This document shows, piece by piece, positions 24,516 to 35,693 of a DNA stretch of 64,000 bases (positions within the stretch are counted from its first letter, which is position 1; the number at the start of each line of letters is the position of its first letter). A model generated the notes under the pieces. That model searched no databases. It was not told the DNA's origin and was given only the letters and a program-made list of their open reading frames with translations. A program made the translations under genes and the position numbers. Source of the DNA: Laetmonice hystrix (Eukaryota); NCBI GenBank assembly GCA_965235115.1, contig OZ249436.1:46316001-46380000 (forward strand), given 5' to 3'.

Positions 24516-26800
24516 CTACACATCCTCACTGGTACAGGAAATGTGTTTGAACTTCATACAGACCTTCCCATTCAGAACGCGACTTTGTACAACGGAAGCG
24601 CTCTGAAAGCTGGCTGAGACACAAGAGAGGGAATTCTTACCAAGAGGTGACAGCATTTTGTCAGCCTGCCAGGCAGCAAATTGAGCCCCGGTTAAGGGGG
24701 AGTTTAGCATTGACACGAACACGGACTGAGAGCAAAAGAGGTGCATGTAGTTGAGTGGCGGTGAGGCACGGAGGAGAACAGAGGTGAAAGATGCTGTCAG
24801 ACTGTTGGCCTCTATGTGAGCCACAGAGTGGACCGCACACTGCCCCATCCCAGCGCCAGGTCTCAATTTAAACATGAAAGCCACAGTAATCACAGAGCCA
24901 AGAAAGAGGCCGACCTTTGGCAAGTCAAGCTTCAGGGAATGCCTGGTCATTTGTTGAAGACTTTTGCCAGGAAGAGTGCACTGGTCATGTTCAGTTATAA
25001 ACGTGAATGCCCACAGAAGCATCCTTTGACAAGTCGCGTTAGCGTTTAGTTGAAGGCAGCCCATTGACAGCCTCCTGACTACAGTATGAAAGCACGGAAC
25101 CGACGTAGGAGCATTTTAAATCCACGGCCATAATTCTCTGAAGTTGAAGCTTGTTTTTTTATCCCTATGCCTCGTGATGATACATTACTGATGCTTTAAT
25201 CACGTGGTAATTAGAGTTTGCCCTAATCAACGTCAGATTAAGCGGGACGAGGACCATGACGTACTTTAGCAGCATGGATGAGTTGGATTCGGATTCAGAT
25301 TGGGGGTTTACGCCTCCACAACAGCCAGGGTAAAAATTAAGGCGGTCAGTTTTACTGGTGGGGCACACCGGAGGAATCCATGTGGTCAACCATTGGAACT
25401 GCAGCCTTGGACCGCTGACCCACCGCGGTCCCCTAGTACCGTAGAGTATATTTCGTACATGTCCATGAATCTACTGGCGCTCCGGGCGTTTCTTTGGACC
25501 AAAAAGAAAGATTCATGAACGATTCAAGCCATTTTTTGAATCATCAAGAGTCAGTATCCGTATTGTTGGCTGCAGACGCAACCAAAGCATTCCAGATGTG
25601 AACTAAATCATGTTTGGCTGCCTTGGGTGGAGCTGCACGTATTCTTAAATCAGGATTCTATGTCAGACAGAATGATGTGTTTACCCGCAAAAAACCGACA
25701 GGCATATGGAAGAGTCTGTTCCGCACTCTGGTGCAGCATTGTCCCAAAGACATTCATCAAGGAAAAATTAATGAAGTATTAAATCAGTTCAAAAATGTTG
25801 GGGCGTGGCAGCCCGTAAAGCAGCGACATGCCTTCTCCAGGGCTAAGATTTATCGTCGCCCCTACTGGTGCTTCCTCCAGGGCGGGGTGTCAGCTTCACG
25901 CGGCCGGGCGATATAAGGGTCGCAGGGGATGTTTGTTGGGATGGTCCAGCGCCTCTGTTGACTCTCCACTGCTGACTCTTCTTCTTGTGAACGGAGCAGG
26001 CAAAGACAAACTAATTGCCCTGTGTAAGCGTGGCCATAGCCCGGACTGTGGACACGGCCAGGACTGCTGAACGGTGTCTGCGGGCCGTTCTCACTGTGTC
26101 TACACTGGTTGCTGCACGGTGGACGGCTGAAGGGTTTTACAGAGAGGCACCAGTCCACCAGGATATAGTCCTACAGTACTTGGTCGTGTCCAGCCGCTGG
26201 CGGTCAGGGGGTGACAAGGTTTTACCCTCCAACCCTACTTCTGTGGTCTCTGCAACCTCCATTAGCTGGAGGAGAGGGTTCCATGTCTTCCCTTGTGTGA
26301 TCAACGTTAAGGGTGCGTCTCGATCATACCTTGTATACAGTGTCCAAAGGCCAACCTAGGCCACAACCACGACTATACCTAAATGTAATCCTCATGGGTT
26401 AACTAGTTTCTTGGTTATGGACTTCTAGCTGGACCTGTACCATTGGCTTCATGTCGCCGAATCCAGGGACCGGGTTCTTTGTCATATTTGAGACCCCCAA
26501 ATAGTCACCGTCCTTGCCTAACCGTTTTTCCTTTTTGCAGACAGTTGGTGGCTCAAGTTGATGGCTGAAGTTAGGCAAGGGACTTGCCCAAATGCTGAGA
26601 AACTGGCCCCTCGCCTTCTTGCAACATGGTCTGCGCTACTGGTCTAAACATGATTTCTGTGCGCCTGGTTCTGACATGAAGAGAGTGAGAGGGATAGGAG
26701 GTTACCCCTGTCAGCTATATTTCAGCCATATTCAGAGCCAGAAGGCAATGTTCATAGCTTGTCCGGTCTGGGTTGGACCTAGACTCCCACGAGGTGACGA
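24516..26800 (-). mobile_element. Decayed DIRS/Ngaro-like tyrosine-recombinase retrotransposon (RT, RNase H, YR)
   Basis: In order on minus: 'DGDYLGV' (YLDDF), 'KLVNP.GLHLGI' (K..GP...FLGI), 'RLDTTKYCRTISWW', 'FAGKHIILSDIES' (PG..N..AD.LSR), then the 182-aa ORF with 'LFLGSVITVAFMFKLRPG' (LF.AAF.LAFFGFLR.GE) and 'LNYMHL...NSPLTGAQF'. Confidence 0.6.
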
Positions 26801-27123
26801 TGGGGTGACTTAAACCGGCCGCTAGGTCGGCAAGGCCTCCACACATATTATAACATTATCTCCAGGGGTGGCCTAAGGATTTCCAGTTTTGCTAACTTAA
26901 AATTTGTATATTATATTATAATGACAATATTTCCACGACCCATTCAGGCATCCGACTAAAACGTCAACAACCACAACTATAGGAACAAGTGCTTACATTA
27001 TCTTTTTTTATTCCCACGTTCTCCTTTGGTAAAAACTATACCGCACTTGCCTGCCCCTTGCCAGGTTCCCAAGGTCACCCGGGGGCAAGTTTTGGGCTCA
27101 AGGACAAGATAATCGTACACGTA

Positions 27124-27307
27124 AAGGCCGGTTTATAGTCCGTCGGCCGACCATCGGCCGACCATCGCTGAACGTTTATAGTTCAGCGATCCGGCCATCG
27201 GCCGACCGATCGCTGAGAGTTAAACCTAGGTGAACTTTGACCTGACGTCGAGCGATGGTCGGCCGATGGTCGGCCGATGGTCGGTCGACGGACTATAAAC
27301 CGGCCTT
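27124..27307. mobile_element. 184-bp palindromic MITE, TA-flanked (PIF/Harbinger- or Kolobok-like termini)
   Basis: 44-bp TIR AAGGCCGGTTTATAGTCCGTCG(G/A)CCGACCATCGGCCGACCATCG with one mismatch; TA on both sides. Confidence 0.85.
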
Positions 27308-28689
27308 TAAACCTACTCAGCCGTGTAAACTAGGATCAGAAACAACTTTTATAAATGCAGACACCTGAAATGTAGTCATTGTTTCTTTGTTCCTTTATTT
27401 ATTTCTTTTCACAAAGAGAGGTTTTCCGGAGGGGGGGGGTTACGATTTTCAGCTCACGACTGATGACCGTATTTGATATCGGACAGCCATCCGAACTGTT
27501 CTATTATAAAGGATAATAGTTATTTGGGTGCCCTCAAGTAGGAACATGCTCGGCTACAATTACTGGCGGTAAACAAGCCAGTGAGCCGGTCATAAAGAGA
27601 CTCCCGCAAGCTGGCCATCTTCACCAGCAGTCTCAGATTGGCTGGCAGGCCAGGACAATGGCTGAGCTGGTCCTGCCTCAGGCTCGCCTGATTTACAGCC
27701 ACACTTGACCTTTCCCGTCGCCCATATATATGGTAAAGCTTGATTTACCCAGCCGAGGGGCTCTTGTATTGCTACTCGGGCGAATGAAAATCTGGTAGGT
27801 AAAAATCACCATGATCCTCAAAGTAATTAGTCAGCAAAATTCATTTTCTCGTCAACATTATTTTTGGTGTGGCACATTCTTTATAGTAACGGCATTCAAT
27901 GGCGAAAATGCCAATAGTATTTATTGGCAATTGCAGGTATGATAATGATGTAGAATGGACATACCATATGTGGATGAGTTTTTCTCTTCTTGGAGAAGCT
28001 GAGAAACGACCCGGCTCCAGGTCGATATCAGCTCATACGTTTTCTAGGCGGATTCCACTTATGACACACCAAAGGTGTCATTGAGAGGGTGGTCTCCAGC
28101 CGAGAGTACGTAATGACGCTGCACCCAGACGGCCGGCGGTTGACCTGTCATTCTGAGTACACTGACCAAGGATGGACCACCATTAGACAATATGGATCCA
28201 CCGGCAGAGGGCGGGTCAGTCTGTACTGACGTCACAAGGCCAACTGGCATCATCGATGGCCACATAATAATATATTTGTCAGTATACTTCACCTAGCTGT
28301 AAGCTTGCTGAAGCCCATCACATTAGAAATTGTGAAACAGACAGGAAAGTTATATACAGAAAATAATCTGTATTAATACTCGTTCATATTAATGCTATTG
28401 AAATTAGTTAGTCTATGTATTAGACGCACACAAATGCACTACTTAATGATACCAATGGCACATTACAGATGTAACATAAGATATAACACTGTTTAAACAC
28501 ACTAACGTTACAAAAGAGTACACTGCTAGAATCTAGGTAACATGTCCTGGTACTTGAGGCAATATGTGTGACGACAGCTGCATAAAGTGTCCCCATGAAT
28601 ATGGACAGCAATAAATTATGTTCACTTCCCACTATGGCGTGCTTTAATAAAGCCAGTATTACTAATCCTCCTTATTGCCCAGGGCAGGC

Positions 28690-29294
28690 TGTTAATTGCT
28701 AATTAACACAGATTTGGGCGTGATCAACCTAATTTTAGTGTCATCCACGCAACGATTGTAGACAGAGGTTGAATATGTCCTGTTTCCTGTCTTACCGTCT
28801 GAAACAGCTGTTCCTAATGTCATTTCTCGCCGCTGATAATGTGCGCTGTGTGATGGCGGAGAATGGTACATATAGTCGTCTCTATTCACAGAAACTGTTG
28901 ACAGGGGCGAGGTCCGTGATCAAGATCAAGTCACTTGGACCTTACTCCAGTCTCTCCGTCACCGAACGCCTACATTGGCCATCAACTTTCAGGGGCCTGT
29001 CTTACTAAGAATGTCACTCCCCAAATAAGTGGCAACCCCATATTGAGGACATCTCCCCAACGCTGCTTCAATGGAGGGAGTTTTTAGTAAGACACCTGAC
29101 AACGGGAATACCCCCAATCTGGGGACTTTGGTGGGGATTTTGCTGAGGATCAACGTTAGTGAGACGGGCCCCAGGTTCTCCTCTCTTCCAATGTTTGAAG
29201 TTATGTCCTTTGTCTCATGACGCCCAATAAAAGTCTCTATTCCAAGGAGATAGGAATCAGAAATATTCAAACAAGACCAAGTATTCTTTGACAT
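28690..29294 (-). mobile_element. Decayed CR1-like LINE RT relic
   Basis: 'ENLGPVSLTLILSKI' (NYRPVSLTSILSK), 'QYG', 'LDL', 'DRKQ', 'CVDDTKI' (FADDTKI) in order. Confidence 0.65.
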
Positions 29295-29773
29295 GTAGTA
29301 ACCCCTGTTCTGGAACCTATTTCACTAGCCCTAACCCTTCGCGTATTAAATAATTCAATACGATTTATTGATTTATTTATTTCTTAAATGAATGAAATAT
29401 TTCAGGCATAATTGCTACCCTCTAGTCGTGCTTGCCTCCAAGCTTACGTAAAGAGAAAAATGAAGGATTGAAGAGTTGGCTAGAGTAGACGAGCATCCCC
29501 TCAAAAATATACTTACATGTATATCTGTTTGTTTAATGGTGAACAGTGGTGGCGACCTCGACCAGCGACCTTTCTGTCGTACACAGCAACCCCCATTAAC
29601 TTTTCATCGTAATTCATGGCTAATGGCCCTGGGGACGGTTTTAATTGAAGCTAATGTGGGCGTAATTTTAGCGGTGAAGCCAAGTGATGTATGGAGTGAG
29701 GGATGCATGAGGAGGCTGGTGAAGCTAGCGGAGATTAACTCCTTGACCCTAGGGGGATTCACCTGACACAGAT

Positions 29774-30400
29774 TCATGGCCCTCGACTTGTGTAAATACG
29801 AGTAAAAAATTTCCTTTGCTCTCCACTGCTGACAACTGGAGAATTCCTAGCGGGGGTTGAACTGGGCGCCCCCGTCAGACACGGCACACGTCTGGTGAAA
29901 TTCGGCACACCTTCTACTTCTCTCTGCTTGTTTCTGAAGGGTCGGTCGTCGTCTTCAAACTGGAACACAACTTCAGAAGGGCCCCAAGGGCTTCAGGTGC
30001 AGTAATTGAATTTGTTAGGGAAAGGATAGAATGTTTGCGCTCAATTAAAGAAGAATTTGATCAGGTGATAGGAGGTTTGTGGGAAATACCTTCTAACGTG
30101 GTGGAAGCTTTCCAATGTACGTCTTGGCTGATGATGGACAACTGCGGCTTGAGCTTTCAATGGAACCTATAAAAACATTACAATTATTGTTAGCATTTTT
30201 CTGTGTGCGCTGCAGGTATTTGCAAAGTTTTTCGTTTAACTCACTTTCAAAACAGTTTAGAGATTTTCCCACACAGGATTTAATGTCCGATGAGCATAAC
30301 ATTTTATAGATACGTATAATTTCTAATCCAGGAAGTCCATAAGTTATTGCATGCCGCAGCTTTTTGAGAGAGACGAAACCATTGTGTTCTCCCGAGAGAT
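29774..30400 (-). mobile_element. Possible Crypton-like (DUF3504 tyrosine recombinase) relic
   Basis: 'ELNEKLCKYLQRTQKNANNN' (ELN..L.KF...RK.DG..Y), 'SHKPPIT', 'FQFEDDD', 'NSPV' (CPV); interrupted by stops. Confidence 0.4.
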
Positions 30401-32989
30401 TTTACAGACGTTTTACAAAAGTAATGTGATTGTGAAACAGACAAGGATGGCAGTGGTTTTGTCTCAATGTTTGGTTTGTGGGGTAGAATCCATTAGACAA
30501 CACATACCCTTGATTACCCTTCCAGGACGCTGCGTCTGTGTCCGTGACGGTTGATTTAGCTTGGAAACGTAGCAACCAATCACATCTCAATGTTACGTCA
30601 CGTGAGCTCCGGTTAACCAATCATAGAGGTGGAAGTCTGTATTAGATTGCCACCAGAATGTTTACGTTTCTCGTGATTTCCTAGCTGAGTGGAAGGAATG
30701 TTGCTGAAATATTGCAAAGTCTGCGACGACACAAGATGTTCGATCCGACAGGTTTATCTGTTAGTGATCGGGAGTTACAGGTAATCAATGATATAAACTG
30801 TCCCGACACCCATCAGTCTCTGGAGCAGGTAACGTAGTCCTCATGTGCAGGCTACACCTTTCATTGCTGTGTTTTGAAGGACATACGAAAACATGTCTGA
30901 AAGGATTTCTTTTTTTTACAGCCATAAGCACGGAATACCTTGTAAATCATCATGTAAGGATAAAGTGCTCCTCCACAGAGGTAAATCCCGGCGTTCATCA
31001 GTTTCCTTTCATCGTTCTGCCCATCCGTTGGTTTAAATTTACAGTGAAGCACAATTACATGGGAAGCTTTGATGGATAACACACAACCGTTTTTTTGCTA
31101 ACTTTCTGGGTACGTTCTATCATATTGTACTACAGGATCCATTCCACGTGAACATTGTTGGAGTCCCTTTGTTGAAATCAAGTCCGCTGCACTCAGCCAC
31201 AGTAGCACACATAATCTTGGTTCTATTGTTCCCGCCAGTAAGGCGAGGGTGACTGGAAACGAGCTGTGGTTACGAATTGTATGGAGATCAGCGGTGCAGG
31301 AAAGAGTCAATGCTATCATGTGTCTGCTACCCCCCCCCCCTTACGGTTCCAGTCCATCATGATGCCACCCCCCCCCCCCCCCCTACTCCACCTCCCACCC
31401 CGGCCTGCCATTCCGTGTGGTAGACTTCATGACATCAACTCTACAACCCTATACCGTAGAGTATGGACCGTACTATGTCAGGTTGATGAGGTCAACCTCG
31501 ATATCAATGCTTGCTTCTGTTGTATAAGAGAGGCGAAACCTGAGGTCGATTTCCCGCACAGTTGCCATACGTAAGAGCACTACGGGCAGTCAATGGGAAC
31601 ATGTCATAAGGGTTCTAATGGTTTTTTAACACGAAGTTGACATTGACCAGACTCACGTTGACTATACTCAGCAGGTGGGAGGATTTTACATCATATGAAT
31701 TAGTATTGTGTTACATGATTAAAAACATCCATCCAGGATTGAGAACTGCTGGGTTATTTCATCCCTTTCGGCAAAAAAATTGTCGTGCTTGTGTCTTAAA
31801 GGGGCAATTCATATCAAAATAAGAACTTGCTTTTCTTCCCATTGGCCGTATGTAAGACATAAGTATCCCTGTTTTCATAATGCTCCAGTCGCCGAGGTAC
31901 ATGTAAGATACAATTTACTCTATGAATTTATAGGTGATCTGATTATCCTAAATGGAGCAACGTGACAACCCGTTTGAAATGGTTGCTGAAATTACAATTG
32001 TTTTTGGCCCTAATTGGGACATTCCAAGGTCATTCCACTTTATAGATAAGGATTTAATCTCGAAGTTCAGCTTGGAGATCGTCGTGTCACATTCTGAGTG
32101 ACTTTAATCTGTTTGAGTCCAAGCATCATGGCAATCTCCGTGTCAGAGCTGTCCATCGCTGATACCGTACCGAATCCATAACCCGGATACTCTTCATGCT
32201 ATCCTCACCTCGACATCACCCGTGCCACTTGACGAAATGATTAGAGAGTTGTTCCGGTGTAAGGGATCCTTCCTCTATCAGCTCATCATCATCAACTCAG
32301 ACTGAAAGAATGAATGATTTGTTTTCTCCTTGAGGATTGACAACAATGACGACACAAGGCGTAAAGCAACCAATAAATCACCGTTGTCGCTATACTCAGA
32401 AAGTAATACTAAAAACGTAGTACTGTATATGGAATGGGGGCCTTATTTTTTGTGTTGTTTGTTTCAATCCCGCACATAAATCAGACATGCTTTGACATAT
32501 TTGATTTGATAAAGAGAAAGACTGTAGCTTAGTAAATCAATGGCACCAGTTCCCCCTGACCGATGATATAAATTTGATTGATTCGGAATCGTGTCCATAG
32601 ATAACTGTCCTCAGTGTAGTGAGAGTCAAAAACCATTTCTTTGACATTCGTATACTTTTCTTGGATAACTTAATTCTGTTTATCAGTGAAGGCCTTCAAG
32701 AAATACTAATTCCGTGCTAGTGTTTATTGGCAATCGTGTCAATGTGACTTAATTCCTGGCCTCGCCTGTCATTGTCTGTCAGCAAGTATTGCTTTAACTG
32801 CCGATAAGGATGCCATTGGAAATTTCAATTTTCCACGGAAGTAATATTTGGTAGGGTCACGTGGTCTTTGACCGGATACCAAGTACTATCAGGGTGAACC
32901 AGGCTCCCTGCTGCCAGGTACACGGCGTCGGCTATTTTGATTGGTTGCTTCATGTTTATTCATGTCCCCTGCTGTCCCTTATGTGGCTT

Positions 32990-34117
32990 CCAGCCTACCG
33001 CTGTCTCCGCCACCACGCCGAGGCTGCCAAGCTAAAGGCTGTGGTTGCGCCATCTAGGGGACAAACGCTGCACCCGACGGTTTGCGAGCAAGGCCTCGAC
33101 ACGCGGCAGCAGCAGCAGCAGCAGCAGACTGGAGGCTGGTGGCGATGAGGGGCCGGGCAGGAGATGAGAAATCTGAAGGCGCGGGAGGCGGGCTTTAGGG
33201 CCGATGTGTTGCGCCGTGCTGAGAGGCAAACCAGACGATGATTCGTCCTCGAACTCCAGCGCTGTCTCACCTCTATACCAGGGACCATGAGAGTGTTTAC
33301 AATCTGACAGAGCATATCTAAACAGGAGCAATGGTTGTGTTTCCCCAACCCAGCTGGGATCTCACATATTGGATCCTACACGACTGAGGTAAGTACGCTT
33401 TCCTTGTCATCCATTCACACGGAGAACGCCTAGCAGCGAATGGTGATTATTGAGAATGTTGCGGTTGCCATGGCGGCCGCCCCTCAGCAGCAGCAGCAGC
33501 AGCGGCAGCGATGGCGGCAGTTTGCCTTCATTGCGTCGCCATGTAAAACCGAACGCCGTGTACTTTCGTCCTCAGACAGACAGATGACGCTGGATCCGTA
33601 TCGGGGAAAAACGCCAGCACAACTGGAGGTTGTCAATGGCTGCAACCCTCATTGAATGTTTTAATCTGTCCAGGCTAGGTCCACAGCTCCACCCATTGAT
33701 ATACGCCAACCCCGTATTGACTGATGGCTCGAACCATTGAAATATAGATAGACCTAAGGTGTTGTTTTTTAATCAGGGTTGAAACATAGGTCCGCATACA
33801 TTCACTTTAAGCCTACAAGGTGTTAGCTCTTCCTGAATATATTCAAGGCATTTGTTCTCAGATCATATAGCCAAAACACACTAATGTTTCCAGTACGACC
33901 TACGCTGATATGATAAGCCGTGTTTGGCGATATTGCCTGCACATGGAATATTGGAAGGCAGGGCTGAACGTACCCTTAATGGTCATGTGGGCTGCTATGG
34001 AATGGATCCCCAAGGAACGGAACAGGATGATGAAGAGAGTGCTCAAGCTGCCTTAGTGCTGACAGATGAGGCAGGGAGGTTGAGGGTTCGGTGCCACATG
34101 CAAGACGTCGGCTGCCT

Positions 34118-34173
<56 letters not shown>

Positions 34174-34320
34174 CCATGCAACCACTTGATGCTAGCGAGG
34201 CCAGCTTGACCACCTGGTTCAAGGGAGGAGGGACGGTCACCAAAATTCCAGGTCTCCATCCCAGTTTTGTAGAGTAAGAGTTCATTCCAGACCTTTGCAC
34301 CAGATACACACAATCAACCA
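32990..34320 (+). mobile_element. Decayed CR1/Jockey-like LINE ORF2 relic carrying three CAG tracts
   Basis: 'GGWW', 'TLSLSSI...QRMV' (RPISLLS...ERIV), 'RQFAF...MTLD...LEV' (RQFGF...ALD...LDI), 'RVRCHMQ...STMQPLDA' (QVR.HMEY...TL..LDA). Confidence 0.5.
34118..34171. repeat. (CAG)18 microsatellite; shorter CAG runs near 33106 and 33485
   Basis: Directly visible. Confidence 0.97.
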
Positions 34321-34529
34321 GCTGAAGGCCCTGAGATAGTTCTACATGCTGATGGCCCAGAGATAGTTCTACATGCTGAGTGCCCTGAGATAGTTCTACA
34401 GAAGAAGTGAATGGTGGTGATTGTCGCTTCCCGTCCAGCTGGCTACCTGACTCTCCTGACTACCATCAAACTACAGCCGTGTATTCCGCTGGGACACACC
34501 TATGTCACTGCCAATATTTCCTTGCAAAT

Positions 34530-34860
34530 TTAATTCAGGTGAAGGAATCCAGGATAAATTGATGACTGCCAGTTGATATGCAGAGCAGCTTTTTGCTGGC
34601 TTTGCATGTGAAGCGGAGGTGTTTGATTCAGGGCTGGTTTAGGAGAGACCACTGATGGAATCCGACACACCTCCTGAGATCGAGATGATAAGGCAGAGGT
34701 TGGCTTCATCTCGACCCGCATGGCCGATCGCTCTCTGCGGGGTCGGAGAGCGCTAAGTGTGGGGCTGCTGGTCCAGGGAATCAAGTGAGAATCAACGAGG
34801 AATCAAGGGATGTTTGGATTAGTGAAAGGGTTCTCTGGAATCCCCCCATGCCCCCAACCC
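34530..34860 (-). mobile_element. Possible DIRS-like RT N-terminal relic
   Basis: 'QEVCRIP...P...TPPL....K...SIYPGFLHLN' loosely follows E...GRI.GP...SPLG..K...LSYP.G.SVN. Confidence 0.3.
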
Positions 34861-35472
34861 CTGGCCGACCGTCTGTGGTCAACCTTCACAACCCAGGCGT
34901 TAATCTGCCTTAATCCAACCCCACACCCGGAGAAAGAAGCACACAATGCACTAACAAGATTACAAAACTCTGCTGAATAATACTCTAAGCCCTGAACAGA
35001 ATGAATGTGACCTGAATCGGGGACATCTTCTATCAAGTAAATACGGCGAATCGGATCTGGCATGAGGAAGATTACACCATTAGACGATGATAACACACGT
35101 CGTACCAGGCCGACATCTTCAACAATGCAGTTTATGACAGCCATTACATGATCGACCTAATTCTTCTCCTTCTCCTAATCCCTGACAGGCGACATTAAGG
35201 CTGGACTTTTCCTCAAAGGACATGTGCGTACGCACCTGCTCCAGTACTAGGGAGGGATTTGTCCTACAATATTATACCATATGAACGGCGGGAAAGGCTA
35301 ATGTCCCCTGGTTCCGTGCGGTAAGAACACTGGATTACTGAGGCGTAAAGCTGCCAGTGTTTTTATATACGTTACTCTATAATACGTTTTACGACTGCAG
35401 GGTGAAAATGGGGGTATTCTGTTCCCGCTACAGTATCCTCCTGTTCAAGTTATAGTGATATAAGCCTGTAGG

Positions 35473-35690
35473 CATTGTAGACCAGTGTAGATATTGTAGA
35501 CCAGCGCATAACTTATAGACCACTGCATACATTGTAGACCACTTCCCACATTGTAGACCACTGCATACATTGTAGACCACTGCATACATTGTGGACCACT
35601 GCATACATTGTGCACCACTGCATACATTCTAGACCACTGCATACATTCTAGACCACTGCATACATTGTGCACCCGTGCATACGTTGTACG
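35473..35690. repeat. 19-bp tandem repeat, about 11 copies
   Basis: Unit CATTGTAGACCACTGCATA. Confidence 0.93.
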
Positions 35691-35693
35691 CCA

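Noticed and set aside
27460..27500. CTGATGA plus short stem as hammerhead ribozyme (also CTGAAGA near 8023)
   Set aside because: The required GAAA after stem II and stems I/III are absent.
28047..28230. Possible + strand internal exon (TTTTCTAG acceptor, protein-like frame)
   Set aside because: All three frames from the acceptor hit stops; no recognisable homology.
32050..32305. Possible minus-strand exon after a CTTTCAG acceptor
   Set aside because: Stop codons in all three frames shortly after the acceptor.
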